Of a stretch of 64,000 bases of DNA, positions 1 through 14,861 are shown piece after piece. The stretch comes from Octopus vulgaris (lineage: Eukaryota), in contig OX597843.1 in assembly GCA_951406725.2 (NCBI GenBank), positions 7,192,001-7,256,000 of the forward strand, read 5' to 3'. The translations under genes were made by a program, and so were the position numbers. Every line of letters starts with the position of its first letter. Within the stretch, counting starts at the first letter, position 1. The notes beneath the pieces are model-generated. The model ran no database searches. It was not told where the DNA came from and saw only the letters and a program-made list of their open reading frames with translations.

Positions 1-462
1 AGCGTAGGCGGGAAAGATATGCCATAATATACATCTGGAAGATCCTGGAGGGAAGTGTCCTGAACTTTGGCATCGAGAGTTACGCAAATGCCAGAACTGG
101 GCGCCGCTGCGTGGTGCCTAGGACTCCAAACTTGCCATCAAGATGTAGGACAAGATTCTGTGATAGCCTGGGCTTCCGAGGCCCACAGCTCTTCAATATC
201 CTCCCGAAGAACCTGAGAGACCTGCATGGGGTGGATACAGATGTCTTTAAAATGGAGCTGGATCTCTTCCTGTCAGGTGTCCCAGATGAACCAACTTCAC
301 GGCAGGAGGGGCAGATGAGGGCAGCTGCATCGAACTCTCTCATGCACCAAATAGCAGTTGCTAGAAAGCCTCCATGAAGTGAAACCAAGTAGCAACACCA
401 AATGGCGGTGCCCCAGCATGGCCACAGCTCATAAGCTGAAACTAGAATCAATCAATCAATCA
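1..462 (+). mobile_element. 3' end of a CR1/L2-group LINE (ORF2 C-terminus, 3'UTR, (ATCA)n tail)
   Basis: ORF 111-377 (RGPQLFNILPKNLRDLHGVDTDVFKMELDLFLSGVPDEP) resembles the post-RT C-terminus of CR1/L2-type ORF2. It is closely similar to the longer copy at 38757-39672 and ends in a short tandem tail. Confidence 0.85.
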
Positions 463-1490
<1,028 letters not shown>

Positions 1491-2127
1491 AATGCACTCA
1501 CACAGGGAGCTGCGTATATAAAAATCTACGCTCGCATGAATATTTATATATGCAACGGGAATGCGCAGTGTTTAAAGACTGCAAGTTCATTGGTTGCACA
1601 GATGCATTTGACATTGTGAAATAGCGACGGCCCCAGGGGGGGAATATGAGGATTGTATTCTGTCGTGACGGTTCATTGGTTAGCAATGGACTCGTCCATT
1701 CAATGCACAAAGAATGGTTTAGCAAAAATCTATCAGAGATTCTTGGTGGCGGTTTTTACTGTAGAAGGCGGTGGCGGTAGTAATGGTAGAGGCGGTGGTT
1801 GTGGAGGTGGAGGTTGTGGTTGTGGAGGTAGTGGTTGTGGTTGTGGTGGTGGTGTTAGTGATTGTAGTGGTGGTAGTGTGTGGTGGTTGTTTTGTTGTTG
1901 TGGATGGTGGTTGTGGTGATGTTGATGATGGCGGTGGTGGCGAAATTCGTGGTGGTGGCGGTGTTGTAGGTTGATACGATAGGCTTTTGTTGTCGTTAGT
2001 GTTGTAGTCGATAATGGTGGTGTTGGTGATGTTTGGGGAGATATTAGTAGCAGCAGTAGTAGTAGTAGTAGCAGTGACAGTATCATTACTTTTTGTTGTT
2101 GTAGGAGGCGTATTATCATCATCACCA

Positions 2128-2355
<228 letters not shown>

Positions 2356-2364
2356 CATTTTTTT

Positions 2365-2655
2365 TTCTTCTTTCAAATTTGCTTCCATTTCTTGTCGGGT
2401 GTTTTCCCGACTCCTAGGGCAAAGAAACTCATAGTATACATTGGTAGGCCATTAAACTAAACTCACTAGTTCGTTCATTTTTAAAATTGTTTTTAAAGTT
2501 AAATTAGAATATATGGGTAGTAATAGTTCTCACATCGACAATGCTCTTCTCAATACGTGTGATGTACCAGTTAAGACAATCTTTTGCACTTCTTGCAGGG
2601 ATGGTAAGCCAGGGATCATCCTCATATAATTTTCGATTCCCTTCTTGATCATAAT
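2365..2655 (-). mobile_element. 3' end of an R4/Dong-like RLE non-LTR retrotransposon
   Basis: Minus-strand MIKKGIENYMRMIPGLPSLQEVQKIVLTGTSHVLRRALSM*, flanked by (TTA)n. Same family as 13028-13260. Confidence 0.75.
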
Positions 2656-2699
2656 ATTATTATTATTATTATTATTATTTGTAAATATAATGTGTCTTG

Positions 2700-3530
2700 A
2701 ATTGCACAACAATGCACTATAATAACAACAATGGACTATAATAACTGTTATAATTTAATTATCCATAGTCTAATATAATAATATTTCGGAATATAAAAAT
2801 TCCTTCTTCAGATATTTCTAGGAATTGATCGTGTCACTGCTATAATCGGGTTTTCCAAGTGTATTCCCCCCCCCCCCGGAAGCGCCTCTGCAGTGGTCTC
2901 ACAAACTCCTTCCGGAATTCCTCATGAGAAGTGCGTGAGGGCGGCCATGTCTCAAGCTCGTGTGTGCTGGTACATCCGTAGCGCCGCTTCTAAGTTATGT
3001 ATTACATGTGCAGTTTCCTCCTCCTCCTCCTCCTCCTTCTTCTTTAAATTCATGAACATGTTATAAAAAATGAACCTACACGCATCCAGATGTAGCTAAA
3101 TAATATATTGACTGCCAACCTCCATCCTCTTGTTAATTCGGGGCCTTAGTCTGTTTATGGGGATAGCTTCCTTAATTCTTAGATTACCCAGATTTCTTTC
3201 ATTGGCCTCAGTTGTCACTGTTATGCTTTTGTCGGTGTTCCGGCATCTGTCTAGATGTTTTCTGAAGGAGGAGACTCTCGTGTTCAGATGTTCTTTGATG
3301 CAAATGTGTAACGGTCTTGTTGCGCTACCCACATAGAATTTGTTGTATTTGTTACATTGTAGTCTATACACAACATTTATCCTTTGGCATAAATCTGTGT
3401 CACGGATGGGGCAGTTTACCAGGGTGCATTGATTGCTGTCATTTGCTCGTTTCTTTGCAAAGTGTCTTTTCAGAGAGGGGCTGGAGTGGGCTAGTTGTAT
3501 GTCTAGTCCTTCTCTTCTTATGGCTCCTTT
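2700..3530 (-). mobile_element. Penelope-like element 3' fragment: GIY-YIG endonuclease plus pLTR-like tail with HHR core
   Basis: ORF 3096-3371 (VYRLQCNKYNKFYVGSATRPLHICIKEH...LRIKEAIPINRLRPRIN) is PLE GIY-YIG-like. Downstream minus-strand CUGAAGA-A-GGAAU/AUUCC-GAAA lies at 2773-2816. Confidence 0.8.
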
Positions 3531-3628
3531 TCAGGGTCAATGAAATAAATACCAGTTGAATACTGGGGTCAACATAATCGACTTATCCCCTCCCCCAAAG
3601 CTGCTGCCCTTGTGGCAAAATTTGAAAC

Positions 3629-3689
<61 letters not shown>

Positions 3690-3691
3690 TA

Positions 3692-3915
3692 AGGCGGCGA
3701 CCTGGCAGAACCATTAGCACGCTGGACAAAATTCTTAGTGGTATTTCGTTTGTCTTTATGCTCTAGGTTCAAATTCCACCGTGGTCGACTTTGCCTTTCA
3801 TCCTTTCGGAGTCGATTAAAGTATCAGTTACGCATTGGAATCGATGTAATCGACTTAATCCCTTTATCCTTGTTTCTCCTCCCTATGTTTAGTCTTCCCC
3901 ACTTGGGGGCAATAA
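3692..3915 (+). mobile_element. SINE family B (tRNA-like head plus Meta-like domain)
   Basis: GGCGGCGACCTGGCAGAA...GTTCAAATTCC A/B-box-like head followed by the GCCTTTCATCCTTTCGG core. Confidence 0.8.
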
Positions 3916-4232
3916 ATATATATATATTCATCACACTCTCTTTCACTCTTTCTTTGTATATCTATATCACGCTGAGTGTGTGTGTGTGTGTGTAAGGAAT
4001 TTCATCAAGGTGTCAGAGTCGAAAGACCTTCACAGAGCATCAGCAGCGAACTCTGGAAACACCCGATCACAGAAGGGGTAGACTTGATGATGTGCGAACT
4101 CCAGCCTTCGTCACATATTCCCAGGAGACACCCAAGCACAGGGTGCATCAATTAGATCAGTGGTTCCCAACAGCGGTTCCCAACCCTTTTTTTTAAATAA
4201 GTTTTCCCATGGGCCTTTCTTAATATGCTTAT

Positions 4233-4274
<42 letters not shown>

Positions 4275-4410
4275 TCTTTTACTCTTTTACTTGTTTCAGT
4301 CATTTGAATGCGGCCATGCTGGAGCACCGCCTTTAGTCGAGCAAATCGACCCCGGGACTTATTCTTTGTAGGCCCAATACTTATTCTATCGGTCTCTTTT
4401 GCCGAACCGC
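4275..4410 (-). mobile_element. SINE family A, 3' part
   Basis: Reverse complement of the GGCGGTGCTCCAGCATGGCCGCA...CTGAAACAAGTAAAAGAG tail. Confidence 0.8.
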
Positions 4411-4416
4411 TATATA

Positions 4417-4531
4417 TAGGGTCATCCCATAAATAATGCGGTTTTTCAATTGCATGGACTAAAAGTTGGAGGGGGACGGGATAAACTACCTGCATCAACT
4501 TGCTATAAAAGCAGGTGGTCATTTTACCTTG
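4417..4531 (+). mobile_element. Mariner 5' terminal fragment (TIR)
   Basis: TA-GGGTCATCCCATAAATAATGCGGTTTTT; homologous over ~110 bp to the reverse complement of 8882-8996, which leads into a mariner transposase start. Confidence 0.7.
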
Positions 4532-5455
4532 TCCTTATTCTTATCCGAGCCGTGCCCCTTCACGCACACACACAAACACACATATACAGGGAGAGAGTAA
4601 GAGAGGCAGATAGACAGAGAAAGAAAGATTTAGATAAATGTATTTACAGATAAAAAGAGTGACGAGCACTCGGACAGACAGACAGGCAGGCAGATAGCTC
4701 GCTGGCAAAATAGATAGACAGACAGACAGACAGATAGATGGAGGGATAGATAGATAGATAGATAGATAGAGAGAAAGATTAACAAATAGCTACACAGATG
4801 GACTGATGGATGGATAGATAGGGAGACAGATTGACAGACAGACAGACAAACTGACAGATAGATAGATAAATAGATAGACAGATTAGAGGCGGTACGGAGG
4901 TCAGAGAAAGAGACGAAGATGAGTATGTGTGTGGTTCATTAATTCATCTGACCTCCTCTCACTACCCTCACCATCCCTCACCTCTCTGTTTCTCACCTTC
5001 ACTATTCTCCCCCCCTTCCGCCTCCGATCGTCACCTACCGACAGACAGTGTCGAAGGCCCCTTAAGGCATTCTCACAGCGACAAAGGTGTCAGAGCTGCG
5101 TTCCTCTCCAGCTGAGCTTTGCGTACACTGCGCCAACCAGCGGAGCAAACACGCCACGTTGGTGCAAGCATCTAACACCGCAAATGCTGGCGTGGCCACC
5201 ACCACCACCACAACCTCCGCAGGGAAAGGAAGGGCGTTAAGAGTGTTGGTGACAAGGCCAGAGAGAGAGAGAGAGGCTGGATGCACTGAGGGGGGGGGGG
5301 GACTGTGTGGTGATTGGTTTGTCCTTTCGTTGTGTTATTTTACACAAACATGGCTACGTCGATTCATGCTCATCCTAGCCAAGTGTTAGGATTGTCCTAC
5401 TTCGCTCTCGGATCAGCCTCTCTTTTTCTCTCTGTCTCAATTTTACTATTTATTC

Positions 5456-5549
<94 letters not shown>

Positions 5550-6059
5550 CTGACTACTAGGGGCATATCCGAAATACAGTTTGGATGCTAAGTTTTAAGT
5601 TTCAAATCTAACCTTTAATTATAACACAGATGATTGCCGTCTCCTTAATCTTCCTTGCTGTAAATGGCACACCTGACCTTCCGTATATGACCTCTCAGAT
5701 GACAATTCAACCCTGTTCAGGTCTGCATGGTTTGAAGTATAGATGTCAGTCGAAAGTTGTGAATTGCTGTGCGCTTCCGACTGGTTAAACTTTGCACATG
5801 TCACCACTCTTCTCAGTGGATGGAACGACAAACGTGGTCACCAGGAATAGACAACTGTACGCCATTGGGTTACGTTCATACTCCCTCGTACAACACGAAT
5901 GCTACGCTCTGAGTCTTCGTTATTACTACCCAGTACACACACACACGCGCGCTCATACATACATGCGTACGTACGTACGTACATACATACATACATACAT
6001 GCATACATACATACATACATACATACATACATACATACATACATACATACATACATACA

Positions 6060-6265
6060 TACCGTTAGCCACTACACATATTTTTTCTCTCCTTGTTTCT
6101 TTCCTTTTTTTCTCTTCTTGTTTTTTTCTGTGTCCCTTTCTGTGGAAGAGCGTAGGCTCGAAACGTAAAAGACTTTTTCTATTCCTGAGTGTTATACTAA
6201 TACATCTGTTTGTTTTCTACACCACCTATCTCTTCGTCTTTTGTTTCATTCCTGAATTATTCCTA
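6060..6265 (+). mobile_element. Short pyrimidine-rich HHR element, family H1 (A6U core variant)
   Basis: 6136-6171: CUUU-CUGUGGA-A-GAGC(GUAG)GCUC-GAA-ACGU-A-AAAG. Homologous copies at 14594, 33740 and 59309; flanked by microsatellites. Confidence 0.7.
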
Positions 6266-6494
6266 TATATATATATATACATACATACACGCATAGTAAA
6301 CTTGTTTATATATTCTGAATATTTCGAAAGAATCCTAATGTAATTCTTGTATTCTGAAAACCCTGACAATTTTCCTTATAAGGTATTTAAAATGCAAGAG
6401 TATATTTCTATATATATTTTGTAATTATATATACGTGTGAGTGTGTGTGTGTGTGCGCGCGTGAGTGCGTATGTGTGTGTATATGTTTGTGTGT

Positions 6495-6908
<414 letters not shown>

Positions 6909-6985
6909 TAGCTGTTTATTACACTTTTCATCTGCTTCCATTTCCCGTATATACATTTACAATCATTTACATACACACACACACA

Positions 6986-7026
<41 letters not shown>

Positions 7027-7047
7027 TTATATATAAGTGTTTATATA

Positions 7048-7111
<64 letters not shown>

Positions 7112-7267
7112 CATATATATGTATATATATATATGTGTATGGTCAGTTATCGTCTTAGAATACATATACATGATTGGTTAGGCGTGTGTGCATGCATCGC
7201 CGTTGTGTTTGTGTGTGTGCGTGTATACATTGTGTATGGATACGTATAACTTGTCACAGATGTACAA

Positions 7268-7308
<41 letters not shown>

Positions 7309-7534
7309 ATACATAACTAGTCACAGAATTACAATACGTATATACGAGCAAGTGTATACATGTATGACCAGTGATGGAGATATACTGTATATATATGAAA
7401 AAGTATGTCTCTATATATATATATATACATACATATTTATATATATATATATATACATATATATACATATATATACATATATATATATACATATATATAC
7501 ATATATATATACATATATATACATATATATATAC

Positions 7535-7603
<69 letters not shown>

Positions 7604-7667
7604 TGTATGTATATATATATATATGTATATATATATATGTATATATATATGTATATATATATGTATA

Positions 7668-7724
<57 letters not shown>

Positions 7725-8606
7725 GTATATATATATATATATGTATATGTGTGTATTTGTGTGTACCTGTGTGTGTGTGTCTGTGTGTGAATATAGGTAG
7801 TCAAAGATGTTGTCTGTGTATGTTTGAGAATACTTGTGCGTGTGTAGCCAGAGGCTGTGAATGAATTTCCTACTGAGAGACAAGATTCTTGTCAAGACAT
7901 TCAGACATGTGTCAACGACAGATAGATGTCGCTGCTGCTGCTGCTGTTGTTGTTTAGTGATGCTGCAGTTAGAAGTGACGATGGTGCTGGTCGCGACGGT
8001 GGTGATGGTGGAATCGGTGGTGCTGCTGTTAATGGTGTTGTTGTTTGTGGTGGTGGTGATGGTGGCGATGTTGTTTGTGTTGTTGTTGTTGGTGGTGGTG
8101 GTGGCAGCGGCGATGTTGTTTGTGGTGTTAGTGGTGGCGGCGGCGATGTTGGTAGTGGTGTTAGTGGTGGTGGTGGTGGTTGCGGTGATGGCTATCGTTT
8201 CGGTGGTGGTCGTCATAGTGGTGATTGCCGTTGTTGCTTTTGTTATTGTTGTTACTGATGTTTGTGGTGGTGTGGTGTTGCTGTCAGTGGTGCCGGTGTG
8301 TAGCGGTGGTGGAGATGGTAGTGGTGATGATGGTCGTGGTAGTGGCGATGGTGGTGGTGGTGGTAGTAATGGTAAGGGTGATGATATTAGTAGTGAAGAT
8401 GGTGGTGGTGGTGGTGGTTGTGATATTAATAGTGGTGAGTATGGTAGTTATGGTGGTGATGGTAATGGTGATGGTGTTGCTGCTGTTAGTGGTGATACGA
8501 TGGTGGTAGTGATGGTAGCAGCGGCGGTGGTGGTGGACTGTTAAACTCTACTTGAAATTGTGTGGAAGTTAAGGTGATATAGTGGGATTGGAGTTTCGAG
8601 ATTTCA

Positions 8607-8992
8607 AGGAGTAATGAGATCTTCCAGGATGAGATTCGTCTTCTAGGCTGTAGTTTCCGGCTCGGAATTTCTGGAACCACCGTTGACACTGGCTTACACT
8701 TATTGTCCGATCCCCATATACTGCATTAATATTCCTCGCACTTTCGTTCTGTTGTTGCGTTTATTGAACTCATAAAGCAAAATATGCCGAATATGGTCCT
8801 TTGTCACTTCCATTATAGCTTAGAAAAAATAACTGTTGAAATCGAACTGCACTCTTCAAAACCTGCATTAAGAATATTGTTAGGATAAAATTACTACCTG
8901 CTTTTATAGCAAGTTGATGCAGGTAGTTAATCCCGTTCCCCTCCGACTTTCAGTTCATGCAATTGAAAAAACTGTATTATTTATGAGATGAC

Positions 8993-8996
<4 letters not shown>
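8607..8996 (-). pseudogene. Mariner transposase N-terminal fragment with 5' TIR
   Basis: From ATG at 8813 (minus): MEVTKDHIRHILLYEFNK..[frameshift]..ESARNINAVYGDRTISVSQCQRWFQKFRAGNYSLEDESHPGR, a mariner HTH region. TIR ends at 8996 next to (TA)n. Confidence 0.85.
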
Positions 8997-9060
<64 letters not shown>

Positions 9061-9061
<1 letters not shown>

Positions 9062-9200
9062 GACTGGTTTCATTCAGTTTCCGTCTACCAAATCCACTCA
9101 CAAGGCTTTGGTCAACCCGAGGCTATAGAAGAAGACACCTGCCCAAGGTGCCATGAAGAGGGACTGAACATGGAACCATGTGGTTGGGAAGCAAGCTTCT
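9061..9200 (-). mobile_element. SINE family A, head fragment
   Basis: Matches the head of 45422-45580. Confidence 0.75.
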
Positions 9201-9310
9201 TATATATATATAGAGAGAGAGACACACACACAAATACACACACATATATGTACATACACATATATATACATATATATATACACACACACATACGTATATG
9301 ATATATCCAT

Positions 9311-9364
<54 letters not shown>

Positions 9365-9376
9365 GAATATATACAT

Positions 9377-9411
<35 letters not shown>

Positions 9412-9418
9412 CGCACGC

Positions 9419-9463
<45 letters not shown>

Positions 9464-10339
9464 CACACATACATACATAGAGAGAGAGAGAGAAAGATAT
9501 AGGGGAAGGGAGGGACAAAAAGAGAAATATACCAATAGGTATATAGATAACAAGAATGAAAAATAACACATCTTTAACTCGAGATTACATCATACAAAGG
9601 CCGACACGTGTTTCTATTACGCAAAAGTTTTTTCAACATAATAAATGGCACAGTAAACAAATCGGTTCTTACTGGATTTGACAGTGACATCCAACGTAGC
9701 CGACACTTAGGAGAACGTAGTGTTTTCAAGGTACTCTTAAACAGGCCGAAATCTAACCGGATACGGGGATTTGGAAATGAAGCGGGGAATGTCGCTGAAA
9801 TCAAGATGAAGATGATGATGACGATGATGATGACGATGATTATGACGATGATGATGACGACGATGATGATGATGACGATGATGATGACGACGACGATATT
9901 GATGATGACGATGATGATCATGATGATGATCATGATGTCGATGATGATGGTGATCATGATGACGATGATGATGATGATGTCGGTCTGTCCTTTATTAGGC
10001 TGCCGTGTTGACGGCGGTGCGAAGCAGTCGGTGATGGTAGTGGTGATTGTGTGTGTGGTGGCGGTGATGGTGATGGCAGTGGTGGTAGCGGTGGTGGGTA
10101 CTAGTATGTGTATGTGTGTGTGTTTATACATATACAGATCGATCGATCGATCGATGTGTTTAAGTTTTCGCCCAACAAAATGTTTTATTATGTTTTTCTT
10201 TTGGGGCTTTTTTTTTGTCTGTTTGGTTAAACCACGTTTAGATCGACCGCAACAGTGAAACAGCCGCCATCAATGCGATATGTTGTCCAACTCCTGTATC
10301 GATTACCGTTATCGTTATCACTATTATCATTGTCGTTGC

Positions 10340-10412
<73 letters not shown>

Positions 10413-10422
10413 GTTATTATTA

Positions 10423-10848
10423 TTGAGTGAGAGAGCAGTGCATGCCATCAAAGTGACACCGGGGTACAAATATACGAAGCCCAGTATACCCATCATGACT
10501 ATCCGTCATGGTGCGACATGGTGATCTCATATCAGGATAAACAGCGTATGACCTTGCAGGTGGGGCCCATTTAAAATTTTCTTCTGGTCGAGTAACCCAT
10601 CCCGCTCAAAAGGTCCTTGAATAAGGTTTGTTTAAGGATGTAGAACGAACCACCCATGTTTCCAAAGTGAATTATCCAAACCCCCAAGAACTCCTCTCAA
10701 CACATGGCTATGATTTTCCCCCACTACTTCTGCTCGTGATCAGAGGTGCACATATCGTCAGCTACTAAGGGACATGGTCAACTGGTTAAGATCAAACAAC
10801 TGACAAGCAAATCTGTGGTATTGAGCAGAATATTTGCTGTAGTCCATC

Positions 10849-10850
<2 letters not shown>
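10423..10850 (-). mobile_element. Family C ~550-bp non-coding interspersed repeat in (TAA)n
   Basis: Homologous to 26488-27000, 48527-49075 and 51060-51620; flanked by (TTA)n on both sides. Confidence 0.85.
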
Positions 10851-10908
<58 letters not shown>

Positions 10909-10942
10909 ATTATTATTATTATTATTATCATTATTATTATTA

Positions 10943-10982
<40 letters not shown>

Positions 10983-10997
10983 GGGTTAGAGTTATTA

Positions 10998-11186
10998 AGG
11001 CGGTGAGTTGGCAGAATCGTTAGCACGCTGGACCTAATGCTATGTTCTGAGTTCAAATTCCGCCGAGGTCGACTTTGCCTTTCCTCCTTTCGGAGTCGAT
11101 GAAATAAGTACCAGTTGAACACTGGGGTCGAAGTAATCGACGTAGACTACCCCACCAAGCTTACTGACTTTGTGCCAGAATATCAA
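10998..11186 (+). mobile_element. SINE family B
   Basis: tRNA-like head, Meta-like core and (TTA)n tail. Confidence 0.8.
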
Positions 11187-11900
11187 ATTATTATTATTAT
11201 CATTATCATTATTAAAATAATTATTATCAAATAATAATAATTATTATTATTAAAAAGACACCACCACCGCTACCACCACCACCGTGACCATCATCACAAC
11301 CAACTCCTTGACTGCCTCCACCATCTCCACTACCGCCAACACCGCCACTACGTTGGTGCTACTGTTTGTAGAGTTGGTAATAGTATGGTTGTTGTTGTTG
11401 GTAGTGGTGGTGGTAGTGGAGGCGTTAGCAGTTGAAGTGGTGACTGTAGTATTGGTGGTTGTACGAGTGGCAGCGGTAGCTTGTAACGTTGGTGTTAGTG
11501 TCGATGGTAGAGGTGGTAGTGCTGGCGCGGTTGCGTGGGCTGTAGCTCTGGTGGTAGATGATGCGAATGATGGTGATGGTGGTGGTGGTAGTGATGATGA
11601 TGACAACGACGAAGGTGATGATGATGTGGTGGTGACGGCGATTACGATGATAATGATGATGGTGGCGGTGATTGTGGTGATGGTGGTGGTGGTGATGTGG
11701 ATGAGGAGGGGACGACGCCGATGCTATGATGATTGCGATGATGATGATGGTGATGATGATTGCGGTTGTGTTGTTGTGTTGGTTTGAGCACCAGGTGGCA
11801 GTCGTATACACTGTCTTGTGTCTTCTAATTAACAACAGCGGTAACAGCGGTTACACGTGCCAACACCACCACCACCACGGCCACCATTACTACTTATAAC

Positions 11901-11959
<59 letters not shown>

Positions 11960-12088
11960 CAACAACAACAGAAAGAATGGAAATACCAATGTATTTGCGA
12001 ACACTAACACCTCCACCACTGCTACTTTTACCAGCACCACCATCATCACTACCACTGTTGCTGCCTTTGCTATTACCAGCGTCACCAC

Positions 12089-12138
<50 letters not shown>

Positions 12139-12243
12139 TTAATATTAATAATAATAGTGATTTCATTTGCCACAAGGGCGAAGGATGAGGGGAACAATAC
12201 AGGGACAAGCATAAAGTGTGCGGGTTCACATATAACAATGAAA

Positions 12244-12465
12244 TTCTTTTATTCTTTTACTTGTTTCAGTCGTTTTGATTGCGGCCATGCTGGAGCACCT
12301 CCTTTAAGTCGAACAAATCGACCCCCAGGACTTATTCTTTGTAAGTCTAGTAATTATTTTGTCGGTCTCTTTGGCCGAACCGCTTGAATTTACAACATGA
12401 AGACAGACGAAATACTGTCAAGCATTTCGTCCGGCGGGCTAACAATTCTGCCGGCTCGCCGCCCA
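12244..12465 (-). mobile_element. SINE A tail (12244-12383) abutting a SINE B head (12385-12465)
   Basis: Sequence similarity to other copies in the window. Confidence 0.65.
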
Positions 12466-12491
12466 ACTTACAAATAATACTAATGATGATA

Positions 12492-12906
12492 GACAATACG
12501 AAGAGAGCGATGCGATTACAGTAGATATTTTATTGGTTAAACGATATTTCGATATTTGGCAAGTTTGAAATTAAAAGTTTGAAATTAAAAATTAAAAATT
12601 ATAGAAATTCAAATTCAAAAATTGAACGAGGGCAAACAGCGTTTCCATGATGGAACGACATCAGCAGTCTTTGATTTTGAAGTTTTACAACTGGCAAAAA
12701 GAAAGAGAGAAAAGGGAAAAGCAAAGAAAAAAGAAAAGGAAGAAGAAGAATATTTAATCAAATAGTTTTGTGTAAATATGATGAAATTCGCCTGTCATCT
12801 TATCCATTCCTCCAGGGCGTGAACTCGACAAAGAAAGGCAAGCTGTCAAAATATCGTTCAAGCTATAAAATGTCTATTGCAATCGCATCGCGCTCTTCGT
12901 ATTCTC
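12492..12906. mobile_element. MITE with ~58-bp imperfect TIRs and TA flanks
   Basis: GACAATACGAAGAGAGCGATGCGATT...AACGATATTT versus AAATATCGTT...AATCGCATCGCGCTCTTCGTATTCTC; TA on both sides. Confidence 0.75.
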
Positions 12907-12964
12907 TATTTACATTTGTGAGTTACGTCATTCCTTTTAAATGATAATAATAATAATAATAATG

Positions 12965-13025
<61 letters not shown>

Positions 13026-13027
13026 TA

Positions 13028-13260
13028 ATACCATCCCTGCAAGAGGTGCAAAAGATTGTCTTAACTGGTACATCACACGTATTGAGAAGAGCATTGTCGA
13101 TGTGAGAACTATTACTACCCATGTATTTAACTTTAAAAAAAAAAAATGTACGAACTAGTGAGTTTAGTTTAATGGCATACCAATGTATACTATGAGTTTC
13201 TTTGCCCTAGGAGTCGGGAAGACACTCGGCAAGAAATGGAAGCAAATTTGAAAGAAGGAT
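13028..13260 (+). mobile_element. R4/Dong-like LINE 3' end in (TAA)n
   Basis: IPSLQEVQKIVLTGTSHVLRRALSM* plus 3'UTR, near-identical to the copy at 2365-2655. Confidence 0.75.
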
Positions 13261-13286
13261 AATAATGGGAATAGTTTTCAACTGAT

Positions 13287-13475
13287 AAATACCTAGATGC
13301 AGTCCCAGGCAGTGGCTCTCATGGCTTCTGATCTTAACTGAATAGGAGTGCTATAATATACATGTTTTGTCTTGGTATAAAAAGGTGGGCGACAGCAAAT
13401 ATTCTGCTCAATACCACAGATTTGGTATATTTTTTCACCCCAGTGTCACGTTGATAGCATGCGTTGCTCTCTCTC
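13287..13475 (+). mobile_element. Family C repeat, internally deleted
   Basis: The 5' ~135 bp and 3' ~50 bp of family C are joined. Confidence 0.7.
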
Positions 13476-13540
13476 TCTCTCTCACTCTCTCTCTCACTCT
13501 CTCTCTCTCGATGATGATGATGATAATAATAACAATAATA

Positions 13541-13735
13541 GTTTCAAATTTTGGCACATGGCTAGCAATTTAGTGGTAAGGGATAAGTCAACACTTTTCT
13601 ACTATATGTACAAGACCAGCACTTTTAGGGTCAATTACATCGATACTAGAACTCAACTGGTCAATTTCAGCGACCCCCAAACTGATGAAGGGCAAAGTTG
13701 ACCACGGCGACATTTGAATTCTGAAAGTAAAGAGA
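13541..13735 (-). mobile_element. SINE family B, degenerate
   Basis: GATGAAGGGCAAAGTTGACC...TTTGAATTCTGAA is the reverse complement of the core and head. Confidence 0.6.
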
Positions 13736-13790
13736 GACGGTTGCGCCTATGTATGCATGCAGGGACGTATGTATGCATGTGTGTGTGTAT

Positions 13791-13952
13791 GCATGGCTTT
13801 GTGGTAAGAAGCTTGCTTCCCGACCACATGGTTCCAGGTTCAGTCCCACCGTATGGGACTTACGGCAAGTGTCTTCTACTATAGCCTCGGGCCGACCAAA
13901 GCCTTCTGAGTGGATTTGATAGACGGACACTGAAAGAAGCCCATCGTATATA

Positions 13953-13994
<42 letters not shown>

Positions 13995-14190
13995 TGTTTT
14001 TGTCCCCCAATATCGCTTGACAACCGATGCTGGTGTGTTTACGTCCCCGTGACTTAGCGGTTCGGCAAAAGAGACCGATAGAATAAGTACTAGGCTTACA
14101 AAGGATAAGTCCTGGGGTCAATTTGCTCGACTAAAGGCGGTGCTCCAGCATGGCCACAGCCAAATGACTGAAACAATTGAAAAAGTAAAC
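13791..14190 (+). mobile_element. SINE family A, full length
   Basis: tRNA-like head, internal (TG)n and LINE-like 3' tail. Confidence 0.85.
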
Positions 14191-14226
14191 AGTATGTGTA
14201 TGTATGTATATGTGTATATATATATG

Positions 14227-14593
<367 letters not shown>

Positions 14594-14597
<4 letters not shown>

Positions 14598-14798
14598 GGA
14601 ATGAAACAAAAGACGAAGAGATAGGTGCTGTAGAAAAGAAACAGGTGTATTAGTATAACACTCAGGAATAGAAAAAGTCTTTTACGTTTCGAGCCTACGC
14701 TCTTCCACAGAAAGGGACACAGAAAAAAACAAGAAGAGAAAAAAGGAAAGAAACAAGGAGAGAAAAAATGTGTGTAGTGGCTAACGATCTATCATGGC

Positions 14799-14801
<3 letters not shown>
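14594..14801 (-). mobile_element. HHR element family H1
   Basis: Near-identical reverse complement of 6060-6265; HHR at 14679-14714. Confidence 0.7.

Positions 14802-14861
<60 letters not shown>

Noticed and set aside
4158-4195. CAGTGGTTCCCAAC hAT-like TIR
   Set aside because: No matching opposite end or TSD was found.
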